A stretch of DNA of 64,000 nucleotides from Alphaproteobacteria bacterium (GCA_965243135.1 OZ251539.1:3712001-3776000), one strand, 5' to 3'. Shown: positions 11,145 through 21,747, counted from the first letter of the stretch. The notes: a model not told the origin generated them from the letters alone. Made by a program: numbers and translations.

Positions 11145-11317
11145 CTTTCCTCCCTGCACCGGTCAGCGAAGTCGCCACCCGGTCGTCTCGATCCGCGTTC
11201 CGGGAACGCCGCCTCTCATCGATACATCCAGTCCACGCCGCCGTCCCTACAGCATCGCGTCGTCAAACGGCCCGCAGAGCGGAAAAGCGAGAGGAAGCTC
11301 CGAAATTCCCGCAATCC

Positions 11318-11356
11318 GTGCATTTTTCGAAAGATCGATCATGTCGAGAAATGCAC
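11318..11356. terminator. Hairpin downstream of the HEPN gene (possible terminator)
   Basis: GTGCATTTTTCGA ... TCGAGAAATGCAC inverted repeat. Confidence 0.35.
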
Positions 11357-11429
11357 AGCGCCAGACTATCTGCGTCTACAGGAAATGCAATGCGGCGGAT
11401 CGATTCCGAAAGATCGATCCAGGCAGCGC

Positions 11430-11965
11430 TCATCGCTCGGATTGATTCAGGAATTCTTCCATGGCACGGGGAAACCAATCGACGAATTCTTTGGCAGAAA
11501 GATAAAGAGCTTTTATCTCATCAAATGTCTTTTCCATGAAGAAACTACTGAAGTCCTCATGCAACATGCGATTTCTTTCTCGACCGATTTCCATAAAATC
11601 GGTGATCGATTTATTTATATATTCGTTTTCCGATACCATTTTCTGTGCGAAAATCTTGAAATTATCTCCAAAAATGGAAAAAATTTATTGGCATTTAGCA
11701 TCTTCCAATCGAACCATGTATGATACTGTCGCTCGATTGCCACTCTTCTTATAACGTGCACAACAACGTGTTCTTCCGAAGTAACTCTCTCAGCAAGCTC
11801 GATGACCGCATCTGAGAGGCGCTTTTCAAAATAACTTGCTGCTGCAATCAATAGAAGTTTTCTGAAGTTTTCATCGACTAATTGATGAAACTCCTGTCGC
11901 GGTTGACCCCGAAGAAATTCAAGGAGATCGGAAACATTCTTATAAATATCGTCAACGGTTGACAT
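11430..11965 (-). pseudogene. HEPN-domain RNase, 1-bp frameshift
   Basis: RNRMLH (Rx4H) motif; AAASYFE N-terminal helix; adding one base to the A6 run at 11678-11683 restores the frame. Confidence 0.75.
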
Positions 11966-11973
11966 AACACAAA

Positions 11974-13175
11974 TTAAACTTTCTTTGACCATAAAATTTG
12001 CTTGGCTCTTGCCAATCTTATTCCAACATTTGAGGGATTTGTCGTTCCCTGCTGTGACGCTTCCTGAAACCGCCTATCCTTTCGCAACATTTCGATTCGT
12101 CTTTCATCCAACTTATTTCTGACCATTCTCCGTCTACTGTAAGCTCTTCTGCAACTCGATGTAAAGACGGCTTCGTAGAGAGCGATGTTGAAGCGGTTGT
12201 TTGATTTGTTGATAAAAATATCCGGCGGCAAATTGGATGTAGCCTGAAGAAAAGATGCAAACAATTCTTCGAGGTATTGATTCGATTCTGGTTCTTGATC
12301 CTTGCATTTCCTTGAAAACTGATGAGAAATTTCACCATTGATGGCCTGTAGTTTTCCCCTTCTATCAGCATTGCGAATCCACGCAAAAGTATCTCTATAT
12401 CCTTCATATGCAGATCCGGAACGGAAGAGGAAACCATTTCCCTCCATCTCGGCAGCAAATTTATCTTCTTGAGCATTTCGTAGAACCCCGATTGGTGCAT
12501 GCTCATTCTGATTTCCTGGGGATGCAACGTAACGCCCCCTGTGTTGAGGCGATTGAATATTTCGTATACCGCGCTGTCATCGTCGGAAAGAGCGTTCTGT
12601 TTGATGAAAAAGCAGCGAACCGGCCTCAGATCGAGACGAGATTTATAGATCTCTCCCATGGTCGAGTAGGTTAATCCTGTCAACCCGTTTTTCTTGCCTG
12701 AAGCGCCCTCCGGCAACAGCAATTTGAAACTTCTGAAATATTCTTTGTTTTGAAATACTTCCTCCGGAATATGATTTTTTTCGTCGTAAATTCGTCGAAT
12801 TTCTTCTCGGCGATCGGCACGAGGAAAACGCTCGTTAAGAAAATAATATATCGACATCAAACGTTGTTGGCCGTCGATCAGAAGGTTGTTGTTCCGTTCG
12901 CGTTCGTATAGAAAAATCTGAGGAACGGGTAAACCCAAGATGAGAGATTCGATAAGTTTGGAGGCTCGGGGAAGATCCCAGACGTAATTACGCTGAAATC
13001 CAGGAATACGCAACCACTTCCTGTCCACAAGGTCTTTCAGCGTCATCACGTTGAAATCGCTCGGCGCGGCGGTTATCTCATATTCGCTGATCGACGCGTC
13101 ATCTCTGTTTTCTGCATAATCGTCGTACCTTTTGTCTTCGTTTAGCGTTTCCGCAGTCCGTTCACTCGCTTTCAT
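11974..13175 (-). pseudogene. DUF262 (GmrSD/ParB-like) protein, 1-bp frameshift near 12323
   Basis: IPGFQRNYVW, IDGQQRL, IFNRLNTGG; C-terminus continues in ORF 11974-12447. Confidence 0.82.
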
Positions 13176-13271
13176 GCCTGTTCTCCAATTTGAGGACCGT
13201 TTGTTCATGACAATGGCCGATGAACTCCAAATTCCGATTCGCCGTAAGGAAACTCATGCGGATTGTTTCTC

Positions 13272-13301
13272 GCGATCAAGGATGTAAAGCTACTTGATCG
13301 C
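13272..13301. promoter_or_regulatory. Inverted repeat upstream of the DUF262 gene (possible operator)
   Basis: GCGATCAAG-N12-CTTGATCGC. Confidence 0.3.
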
Positions 13302-13498
13302 ATACCATGGGTACGGACAAATTGTCAAACGGACTATCGTGGTAGTCGTTTGCGTCGTTCAATGGAGGCATATAATGAAAATTTTAATTTGCGTATCGGG
13401 ACAATTTCTGCGGAAGCGCGCCTGGATCGGCGAAGTCGGCGCATACGTAAAGCGAATTGAGCCTAATGAAAAACGATCCGCGACGGTGCAACGCCGCG

Positions 13499-16400
13499 TC
13501 ACTCGCCGCATAAACGCCGAATATGGCGCAACGCCGCGGTCAACATGGCGAGATCGACCGGCGGGCCGCGTCGCATTTCGTCCAAGGTCTGACGCAGTTG
13601 CGACGCTGCGTGCCTCCGCGTCGCGTCCTCGAATGCGTCTTTTCCGGCATCCATGGCGAGGTCGGCGAGACGCGTCTGCCGAATCCGGAGTTCGTCGAGG
13701 ACAGCCGACAGCGCCGTCCTTTCCCAATCGTTCTCCGGGACGGCCGCCGCCGCCGCGCTGCGCAGCCAATCGAAGCCGTAGCGCGCGCCGACCCCGAAAT
13801 AGCTGCGAGCCGTGTCTTCGACGGCCGCGTCCTTGCGCTGCGCAAGGCGAACGATGTCGCATCCAGCGAACAGAGCGTCGAGCTGCGAGACCCGCCGGGC
13901 GAGATTCGCGGGCACCCTCCGTTTCTCGAACTGCGCCGCTCGACGGCCCAGCCGAGCCTTCAGTTCACCCGAAAGGTATTCCTCCAAAGATGCCGAAAGC
14001 GTTGCGATGCCGGGCCTGAACGCTTCGATCGCGGAAGAAACGTCGAGCGGGTCTACGGCGAGGAACCAGGTCGTCGCTCTCGGGACCAGATCCATAATCT
14101 CGAGATTGAGGTCCGTCTGGACGGCTGCGTCGACCGCGTGGTCCAGCGCTTCGATCTCCTCCCATATCGCGCGAAGGTCGAACACCTGGCGCGCGACGAG
14201 ATACGCTTGGGCGATTCGGTCCGGACTCGCGCCGGTCTCTTCGGAGAGATCGTTGACGAGAGTCGGTCCGGCCCGGTTAACGAGACTGTTCGCAAGATAG
14301 GATGCGCAGATTTCCCGCCGCAGCTTGTGCCGCGACATGAAGGCGGCGAAACGTCCGCGAAGCGCCGCGGGAAAATAGAGGTCGATATCTCCGACCAGCC
14401 ACGGGTCGTCGGGAAGGTCACTCGTCAGCAGATCGTCGTAAAGCGTCATCTTGGCATAGGCCAAGAGAACGGCGCATTCGGGGCGCGCGAGGCCTTGGCC
14501 CCGCGCCTTCCGCTCTTCCAGTTCCTCGTCCTCGGGAAGGAACTCGACCGCACGGTTCAATTTATCCGCGCGCTCGAGTGCGCGGATGAAGCGCGCGGCG
14601 TTTCCGACCGTCGCGCCGGCCCGGGCTTCGGCGTGGGTGAGCGCCATGCTCTGGCGATAGTTGTCGACCAGAACGTGCTCCGCGACGTCTTCGGTCATAT
14701 CCGCGAGCAACGAGTCGCGCTCCGGCATGTCGAGCGCGCCCGCGGCCAGGGCGTCGCCGAGCAGAATCTTGATGTTGACCTCCTGGTCCGAAGATCCGAC
14801 GCCGGCCGAGTTGTCGATGAAGTCGGAGTTGATGCGACCGCCCTGCAAGGCGTATTCGATGCGGCCGGACTGGGTGAAGCCCATGTTCGCGCCCTCGCCC
14901 ACCACGCCGCACCTCAGTTCGCAGGCGTCCACGCGAATTTCGTCGTTCGCCCGATCTCCGACTTCGCCGTGGGATTCGCTCGATGCCTTCACGAAGGTGC
15001 CGATCCCGCCGAACCAGAGCAGGTCTACCTGCAAGGTCAGCATCGCTCTGATTAGCTGCTTCGGGGTCGCCTGCTCGGGCACGCCGAACAGTTTCCGCAT
15101 ACTGGCGCTTGTCCGTATCGTCTTGGCCGACCGTTCGAAAACGCCGCCGCCTTTCGAGATCAGGGCGCCGTCGTAATCCAGCCAGGAGGAACGCTGCTTG
15201 CGGAACAGCCGGCGGCGTTCGTTCCAGCTTGCCTCCGGGTCGGGATCGGGGTCGACGAAGATGTGGGCGTGATTGAACGCGCCGATCAGCTTGACGCGTT
15301 TCGATAGCAACATGCCGTTGCCGAACACGTCGCCCGACATGTCCCCGACTCCGACGACGGTGAAGTTCTCGTTCCTGACGTCCAGTCCGGCTTCGCGGAA
15401 ATGACGCGCTACCGAGACCCATGCTCCCCGCGCGGTTATGCCCATTTTCTTGTGGTCGTAACCAGCGGAACCGCCGGACGCAAAGGCGTCGTGCAGCCAG
15501 AATCCGTATTCCTGAGCGATCCGGTTGGCGATGTCCGAGAACGTCGCCGTTCCCTTGTCCGCCGCGACCACGAGGTAAGGATCGTCTTCGTCGCGCCGGA
15601 CGACGTTGTCCGGGGGAACGATACGGCCGCCCTCGAGGTTGTCGGTGACGTCAAGCAAGCCCCGGATCAGCGTCCGATAACAGGCGACGCCTTCTTCGAG
15701 CAGCCGGCCGCGGTCCTCCGGCGGCTTCTTCACGACGAAGCCGCCCTTGGCGCCGACCGGGATGATGACCGCGTTCTTGGTCATCTGGGCCTTCATCAAG
15801 CCGAGAATTTCGGCGCGGAAGTCCTCGCGCCGGTCGGACCAGCGAATGCCGCCCCGCGCGACCAGTCCGCCGCGCAGATGGATGCCCTCCATGCGTGGCG
15901 AGTAGACGAAGATTTCGCGCGCGGGGCGCGGCAGCGGGAGGTCGGCGATCTTCCCGCTATCGAACTTGAACGACAGATACTGTTTCGGGGCGCCGCGGTC
16001 GTCGGCCTGATAGAAATTGGTGCGCAACGTGGCTTCGACGAGGTTGAGGAACCGCCTGATTATCCTGTCTTCGTCCGGGCTTTCCACCTTGTCCAGCGCA
16101 CCGCCGATCCTGCGGCGCAGCGCGTTGGAGGAAGGGCCTTTGTAATTCGGCGCGAACAGGCTTTCGAACAGAGAGGCGAGGTCGCGCAGAACGCCGCCGT
16201 TTCGCAGGAGCGTTTCGGTCATGTAGGCTTCGCCGAACGGAATGCCCGTCTGACGCAGATACCTGCTCAACGCCCGAAGCACGACGATCAGTCTCCATTC
16301 GAGGCCGGACGAAATCACCAGACCGTTCAGGCCGTCGTTCTCGACCTCGTTTCGCCACACGCGCTCGAACGTCCGTTCGAACGCGTCCCTGACGGCCTTC

Positions 16401-18169
16401 AAATCCAGATCCCATCGCGACTCCATCCCGAAATCGTGGAGCCAGACAGTGTCGCCTCCCTCCGTTCGGATTCTGTGTGGAATCTCCTCGATGACCCTCA
16501 GGCCCATGTTTTCCAGCATGGGAATGATGTCGGACAGGGGCAGCGCCCGGCCGCGGTGGAACACCTTGAACCGGACCGCGCGGCCGGGCGCGCCTTCGGG
16601 CCGGTAGAGTTCCATTCCGAGTTCGCCGGTCTCGATCGCCGATTCGATCGCGGCGATGTCCTCGACGGCAGCCGTTCCCGGAAAGCGGTCCCGGTAGGCT
16701 GCGGGAAACGCGCTGCGAAAACGCTCGAACACCGCGCCGCCGGCGCTATGCCCATGCCTCTCCTCCAGCGCCGCCGCGAGGTCCTCCGACCAGTCCCGGC
16801 AGGCCTCGACGACAGCCGCTTCCGCGCTCTCGATCTTCTTGCGGGACGGCGGCGCCGGGGTTTTGACCACGAAATGCAATCGGCCGTGCACGGCGTCGGA
16901 AAGCTGGGCGTAGAACGCCGTCACCGTTCCGCCGAAACCCGCTTCGAGGATCTTGCTGACGCGGCGGCGCAGCCTCGTGTCGAAACGTTCTCTCGGCACG
17001 CAGACGAAGCACGAGACATAGCGGCCCAGAGGATCGCGGCAGACGAACATCGCCACGTTCCGGTGCCGCTGCAGATGAAGGATTCCTGTCGCGATTCCGT
17101 GGAGTTCGCGTTCGCCCATCTGAAACATCTCGTCGCGCGGCAGCGTGTGGAGAATGTGGACGAGCGCCCTGCCGTCGTGGCTGCTCGGAGAAACGCGGGA
17201 TCGCTTCACGACCGCTTCGATCTTGCGCCGGATGACGGGAATGGCGTCGAGCGGCTGATTGTAGACCGAGGAGGTGAACAGGCCGGCGAACAGCTTTGCC
17301 GGGCCGCCCGGCGCCGTGCGGACGAGAACGGCGTCCATGACCGTATTGCGGTGCACGGTGGACCGCCTGTCGGTCTTGATGATAGAAAACCGCCGCCCAA
17401 GAGATTCCAGAACATCCGAACCGTTTCCGAAACCCTCGAACGCCATCGCGTCGTCGCGCAACAGGCCAAGGCCTGCCGCGGATACGCCATCGCCGTATTC
17501 GCGATACCCCAGGAACGTGAAATTGTCTTCGGCCAGCCAGAGCAGGAGGTCCGCCGTTTCGCCGGAGGACGGGTTCAGTTCGCCGACCGCGTCGCCCAGG
17601 CGGTCGAGCATCGGTCGCCAGTCCCTGACCGCGCGCCGGACGTCGGCGAGCACGCCGCCAAGCGAAGAAGACAGCTCGCGGCGAGCGGCTCCGTCAGCCC
17701 GTTCGGCGATCTGAACGTGCATGACCGCTTCGGAGCGGGAAGCGGGCGCTTCCGCTCCGACGCCGACAAGGTTGCCCGAGAGATCCCGCGCCATCGGCAT
17801 GACGGGATGAATGAGGACATGGACATCGAGGTTGCGACGTTCGAGTTCGCCGAGGATCGAATCGACCAGAAACGGCATGTCGTCGTTGACGATCTCGACC
17901 ACGGTGCGATCGACCGTCCAGCCGTCCTTGCGGACGGTCGGGGTGAAGACCCGCACCTTGCTTCTGCCCCGCCTGCGGGTCTGAGCGAAATTCCAGAGCG
18001 ACGCCGCCGCGCCGCGCCATCCGTCTGGATCGCCGTAGGCCCAGGGCTGCGCGTTCGCGAAGAACTCGCGGACGAATCCGTCCGCCGCGTCCGCCATCTT
18101 TCCCTGTCCGCGCCGGACGCTGTCCGCGATGCGGTCCACGAATGCCCGTTTCTCCGCGCCGGAGCGCAT
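13499..18169 (-). CDS. gdhB: Large NAD-specific glutamate dehydrogenase
   Basis: ARGGIRWSDR, VGAKGGFV, DPYLVVAADKGTATFSD, GVGDMSGDVFGNG. Confidence 0.95.
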   Translation of the reverse strand: MRSGAEKRAFVDRIADSVRRGQGKMADAADGFVREFFANAQPWAYGDPDGWRGAAASLWNFAQTRRRGRSKVRVFTPTVRKDGWTVDRTVVEIVNDDMPFLVDSILGELERRNLDVHVLIHPVMPMARDLSGNLVGVGAEAPASRSEAVMHVQIAERADGAARRELSSSLGGVLADVRRAVRDWRPMLDRLGDAVGELNPSSGETADLLLWLAEDNFTFLGYREYGDGVSAAGLGLLRDDAMAFEGFGNGSDVLESLGRRFSIIKTDRRSTVHRNTVMDAVLVRTAPGGPAKLFAGLFTSSVYNQPLDAIPVIRRKIEAVVKRSRVSPSSHDGRALVHILHTLPRDEMFQMGERELHGIATGILHLQRHRNVAMFVCRDPLGRYVSCFVCVPRERFDTRLRRRVSKILEAGFGGTVTAFYAQLSDAVHGRLHFVVKTPAPPSRKKIESAEAAVVEACRDWSEDLAAALEERHGHSAGGAVFERFRSAFPAAYRDRFPGTAAVEDIAAIESAIETGELGMELYRPEGAPGRAVRFKVFHRGRALPLSDIIPMLENMGLRVIEEIPHRIRTEGGDTVWLHDFGMESRWDLDLKAVRDAFERTFERVWRNEVENDGLNGLVISSGLEWRLIVVLRALSRYLRQTGIPFGEAYMTETLLRNGGVLRDLASLFESLFAPNYKGPSSNALRRRIGGALDKVESPDEDRIIRRFLNLVEATLRTNFYQADDRGAPKQYLSFKFDSGKIADLPLPRPAREIFVYSPRMEGIHLRGGLVARGGIRWSDRREDFRAEILGLMKAQMTKNAVIIPVGAKGGFVVKKPPEDRGRLLEEGVACYRTLIRGLLDVTDNLEGGRIVPPDNVVRRDEDDPYLVVAADKGTATFSDIANRIAQEYGFWLHDAFASGGSAGYDHKKMGITARGAWVSVARHFREAGLDVRNENFTVVGVGDMSGDVFGNGMLLSKRVKLIGAFNHAHIFVDPDPDPEASWNERRRLFRKQRSSWLDYDGALISKGGGVFERSAKTIRTSASMRKLFGVPEQATPKQLIRAMLTLQVDLLWFGGIGTFVKASSESHGEVGDRANDEIRVDACELRCGVVGEGANMGFTQSGRIEYALQGGRINSDFIDNSAGVGSSDQEVNIKILLGDALAAGALDMPERDSLLADMTEDVAEHVLVDNYRQSMALTHAEARAGATVGNAARFIRALERADKLNRAVEFLPEDEELEERKARGQGLARPECAVLLAYAKMTLYDDLLTSDLPDDPWLVGDIDLYFPAALRGRFAAFMSRHKLRREICASYLANSLVNRAGPTLVNDLSEETGASPDRIAQAYLVARQVFDLRAIWEEIEALDHAVDAAVQTDLNLEIMDLVPRATTWFLAVDPLDVSSAIEAFRPGIATLSASLEEYLSGELKARLGRRAAQFEKRRVPANLARRVSQLDALFAGCDIVRLAQRKDAAVEDTARSYFGVGARYGFDWLRSAAAAAVPENDWERTALSAVLDELRIRQTRLADLAMDAGKDAFEDATRRHAASQLRQTLDEMRRGPPVDLAMLTAALRHIRRLCGE

Positions 18170-18252
18170 TTTTGCTTCTCCGTCCTCGGTTGCGCTCCGG
18201 CGCCCGCCCTGCCCGGCGTCGGCGGCCCCGCGAAAGGTTAACCGCCCGCGCC

Positions 18253-19590
18253 ATGGATTCAAGGCTGTCCAAGTGCCTCGGGGCCAGCCGGCTCTTGCGT
18301 CCGGAACCGTTGCTGTTCCTTCTCTGGGCGCTTGAGCTCGCGCGTCTCGCTTGGGATTCCGAAACGGCGCGATCCGCGGGCGGCCTCATGATGGCGGCTT
18401 ACGTCGTATTGTCGATCATGCGCTTGCGGCGAGCTACAATGTGGCTCTGCGCGCCGCTCGCCTTCCTGGCGGCCGCTCTAGCGCAGGCGTTCGGCTCGTG
18501 GAGCGAAGTCGTTCGGGGTTTCGAGAGTGCCGCGATCTTCATGGCCTTTTTCGGCTCCATCGTGCTTTTGCGCGGCCTGGCGGATCGGCGTCCCGAGATT
18601 TCCCGCACGCGCAGGCTGTTCGCCGGCCTCGGCGAAAAGGAAACTTCGGGCGCGTTTCTCGTCGGCGCGCACGTCATCGGCTCGATTCTGGTGGTGGGCG
18701 CGCTGGCGATCTTGGCGTCCATCGCGAAGGGCGGCGCAACGGCGCGGCGGCGCGCCGCCGAGGCGAGTCAACGCGGCCTGTGCCTCGCGCCCCTATGGTC
18801 TCCCTTCTGGATCGCGAGCGCATTCGTCGCCCGCCAGATTCCGGGAGTTCCCGCGTGGGAAGTCATGACGCTCGGCCTTGCGCTCGCCGCGACCGGACTG
18901 ACGGTCGCCCATCTGATCTACGCGCGAAGGACCGGGATGCCGGAGCTGTGGAGAGCGGTGCGAGGATTCGCCCCGCTCCTGCCTCCTGTCGCGCTCTGCG
19001 CGGCGATGATCGCGGGGCTGTCGGCGGCCGCCGGGTTCGGCACCCTCGAAGCGTTGATCGCGACGGTGCCGGTTCTGGCGCTCGTCGCGCTCGCGTCGCA
19101 GCGAGGCGTTCGTTTCGGGCCTCTCGCGGGAGATCTCTGGCGCGGCGCGGGACAGGTTCGCGACGAGATCGTGATCGTTGCGACGGCTCTCGTCCTCGGA
19201 CGCGTCCTCGAAAGCGCCTTGTCCGGAATCGACCTCGCGGTCGGCGCGTTGCCGCCGTGGGCCGCGGTCGGCTGCGTCGTCGCTGCGATCACCATCGGAG
19301 CTCTGGTGGGAATTCACCAGCTTGTCTCCGTCGTCGTCGCGCTGGTCGTTTTCGCGCCCCTGACAACGAACGTGGCGGACGTCGTCATGACGGAAGCGGC
19401 CCTTCTCGGCTGGGCGTTCGCCTCCATGGTGGGCGTAACCGCCGTTTCCACGGCGACGGCGAGCGCGATGTTCTCGGTTCCTCGCATCCAGTTGGTCTAC
19501 GGCCCCAATTTGATGTTCGTAGCCGCATTCGGGGCGATCTCGGTCGTTCTGCTCGCGATCGTCAACGAGATCCTTTCCGCTCCGTCCTGA
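18253..19590 (+). CDS. Polytopic membrane protein, putative transporter
   Basis: About 445 aa, many TM helices, RGLCLAPLWSPF motif. Confidence 0.75.
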   Translation: MDSRLSKCLGASRLLRPEPLLFLLWALELARLAWDSETARSAGGLMMAAYVVLSIMRLRRATMWLCAPLAFLAAALAQAFGSWSEVVRGFESAAIFMAFFGSIVLLRGLADRRPEISRTRRLFAGLGEKETSGAFLVGAHVIGSILVVGALAILASIAKGGATARRRAAEASQRGLCLAPLWSPFWIASAFVARQIPGVPAWEVMTLGLALAATGLTVAHLIYARRTGMPELWRAVRGFAPLLPPVALCAAMIAGLSAAAGFGTLEALIATVPVLALVALASQRGVRFGPLAGDLWRGAGQVRDEIVIVATALVLGRVLESALSGIDLAVGALPPWAAVGCVVAAITIGALVGIHQLVSVVVALVVFAPLTTNVADVVMTEAALLGWAFASMVGVTAVSTATASAMFSVPRIQLVYGPNLMFVAAFGAISVVLLAIVNEILSAPS

Positions 19591-19629
19591 GCGCCGCGCG
19601 CCGCGATTTCGCCGACTCGCAGCCGTCGA

Positions 19630-20008
19630 TCGAATCTCCATGAAATTCGTCGCAAAAAATCCTTCAGAGGTTGTAAGATAGACAAATCGAGAGCCCAATA
19701 TTTTTGATTTCCGTATTCGTTGGCGTTTGTTTCAATGCCAAGGGCTTCGCAATAAGCATAAACTCTCGCCTTGGAATTAGGTGAAACGTAATTGTCCCAA
19801 GCGCTTTTGAGGCAACCCTCGCAGGAATCAAAGCAATCGTATGTTCTTTCATGTCCAAGAACAGCTATTCTTTCCAAAAGCGTTTCAAGGCATCCAGGGT
19901 CGCGGTCATTCGGAAAGAGGAAAAAATGCAAATCGGCAAAGAAAGCTGATGAATTTCATTCTCCAAGGTTATTCGCTCTTCTAATACCAAACCTCCCCCT
20001 ATCAACTC
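19630..20008 (-). pseudogene. DUF3226-like C-terminal remnant
   Basis: AT-rich; FFLFPNDRDPGCLETLL, KARVYAY, YWALD..LQPLKDFL; truncated at the IS1111 left end. Confidence 0.6.
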
Positions 20009-21117
20009 CGATGGGATGGACGCTCCTCCCCGGCGGCATCACGTTGTGCCATAGTGCTGTCGAACCACAACATATGGAGAGAGGACGGAACAGGTCAGCA
20101 TAATCGGCCTGGCGAAGCGGAGTTTCTCGCTTCACGGCGCTCGAGCGGACGGCGCGTTTCGCCGGACCCTCGGCCGCCCGAAGGTTCCGGACTTCCTGAA
20201 GCGACAGCCGAAGTGCATCGTGGAGGCGCAGCTCGCACTACTGGGGCCGGGAGAAGCTTGGCCACGAGGTCAGGTTGTCGCCGCCCGTCAAGCCGTTCGT
20301 CAAGCGTCGGAAGAACGACGCGGGCGGACGCCGAAGCGGCACCGACGTCGTCGCCGTGAAGACCGAGGAACGGCAGTGGGCGGCATGCGCGCAGCCTGGC
20401 AGCGGCGGACGGCGCTTCGCGGTCGCGGAGTTCGGCCTCGTGGTTCCCCAAGGCACCGCCAACGTCAGGAAGCTCGAAGATGCGTTGCCGCCTGCCCGAC
20501 CTGGTACGCCGCACTGTTGGAGCAGCAGTCCGAAAAAGAAGATCGACGAGCGAAAGGGCGCTTGCGAAGGAGGACTCGAAGCGGAGCATCCGGGGTCGGT
20601 CCCTTGACCGCTTCGGCAGCCTTCGCGCCGGGAGAACCGGGGCGCGACTTCGCGGCCTGACCGACGCCGGGAGAGGACAGCGCGGGCGGCAAAGTCAGGC
20701 TCGGCCACGGGCCAGCGTGACAGAGCATCGGCGCAATGTCGGTCGTTCGGTTGGCGAAACGACGCGGGACGGGCTCGTGGCTGGCGCTTGCGACCAAGCC
20801 TCCGAAGCTGGCGGCGGCTGACCAACGGCGCGTACCGCCTGGGCACTGCTGACGAAGAAGGAGTTCTACCAGGCGGCGGCTGCCGACTGAGGGTTTCCCG
20901 GGATCCGACGGCGCCAGCGCCGGACGTCGGGGGCAAGGACGGAGGGAGAGTAAGGGCAAATGGTCGCGGGCAAACCAGCTGCACTTCTTGTGCGGCACGC
21001 ACTTGGACCCGGTCCGCGTATCGCTGTCCGCGGCCACTGAAGCCGCATCCAGATGCACGAATGTACTTGACGCACCGAGCTTTCCAAAATGCTTGCATCA
21101 ACGGGGGCGTCCATACA
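20009..21117 (+). mobile_element. IS110-family (IS1111 subgroup) element, heavily decayed
   Basis: Subterminal IRs ATGGACGC (20016) and GCGTCCAT (ending 21114); transposase fragments VKPFVKRRKNDA, AEFGLVVPQG, GVGPLTA, GRDFAA. Confidence 0.82.
20940..21100 (+). ncRNA. Putative bridge/seek RNA region of the IS1111 element
   Basis: Long 3' non-coding region inside the right end; contains TGCACTTC, the reverse complement of the right flank. Confidence 0.5.
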
Positions 21118-21183
21118 CGAAGTGCAATACCGGCGGTCGGCAGCGCCAAGGCAGTACGGGTTGGCCGGTGAGTCAAGGTGCCG

Positions 21184-21251
21184 GGGCTGTGGGGGCGTTC
21201 GCCGCAGGGAGGGCGTAGCCCGCCCGGAGGCGAACGCCCCCGCCGCAGCCC
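21184..21251. repeat. GC-rich REP-like palindrome
   Basis: GGGCTGTGGGGGCGTTCGCC ... GGCGAACGCCCCCGCCGCAGCCC with an inner GGGCGTAGCCC hairpin. Confidence 0.6.
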
Positions 21252-21386
21252 TCTCTCGCGGCTGCCGCTCGCCGCGCTTCGGAGACCCAGGGCGCAGTGA
21301 AGGCGCCCGGCCCGCCCCGAAGCCGGCGGCTCGAAGCGGGGCGGCGCAGACCTCCGCCTCCGGGCGGACGGCGGCCGACGAAAAAA

Positions 21387-21415
21387 TTGAACGGCGCGAA
21401 CGCCTGGCGTATGAT
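21387..21415 (+). promoter_or_regulatory. Sigma70-type promoter, cassette 1
   Basis: TTGAAC-N17-TATGAT with an upstream A-tract. Confidence 0.65.
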
Positions 21416-21450
21416 CGCTGTCCCGAACTCGCCGAGGCAGGGTGAAACTC

Positions 21451-21747
21451 ATGGAACAGTTCTCTCCCGAACTAATCGCCATTCTTGGCGTCGGCGTTGC
21501 CGTTCTCAGCCTCGGCGTTGCGGTTATGGGGCTGGTTCTTCATCAGGGCCGTCGGCTCGACCGCCGGATCGACGCCCTCGCCGTGCACATGAACGAACAA
21601 CACCGGCAGACGAACGAGCAAATCCGGCAGACGAACGAGCAAATCCGGATTTTGAGCGATCGCGTGGCGCGGATCGAGGGCAAACTCGATCTGTTCGAGA
21701 CTTTCATCACGCACCGGAGCGAACCGCCGACCGTGGCGGCGGAGTAG
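21451..21747 (+). CDS. Small N-terminal TM + coiled-coil protein, copy 1
   Basis: Hydrophobic N-terminus, RQTNEQI heptads, DRVARIEGKL. Confidence 0.75.
   Translation: MEQFSPELIAILGVGVAVLSLGVAVMGLVLHQGRRLDRRIDALAVHMNEQHRQTNEQIRQTNEQIRILSDRVARIEGKLDLFETFITHRSEPPTVAAE

Noticed and set aside
13523-18241. Long antisense ORFs (510 and 946 aa) opposite gdhB, and similar shadows over ftsK, amtB, argH and others
   Set aside because: Expected stop-poor shadow frames of GC-rich coding DNA; Arg/Gly/Pro-rich and motif-free.
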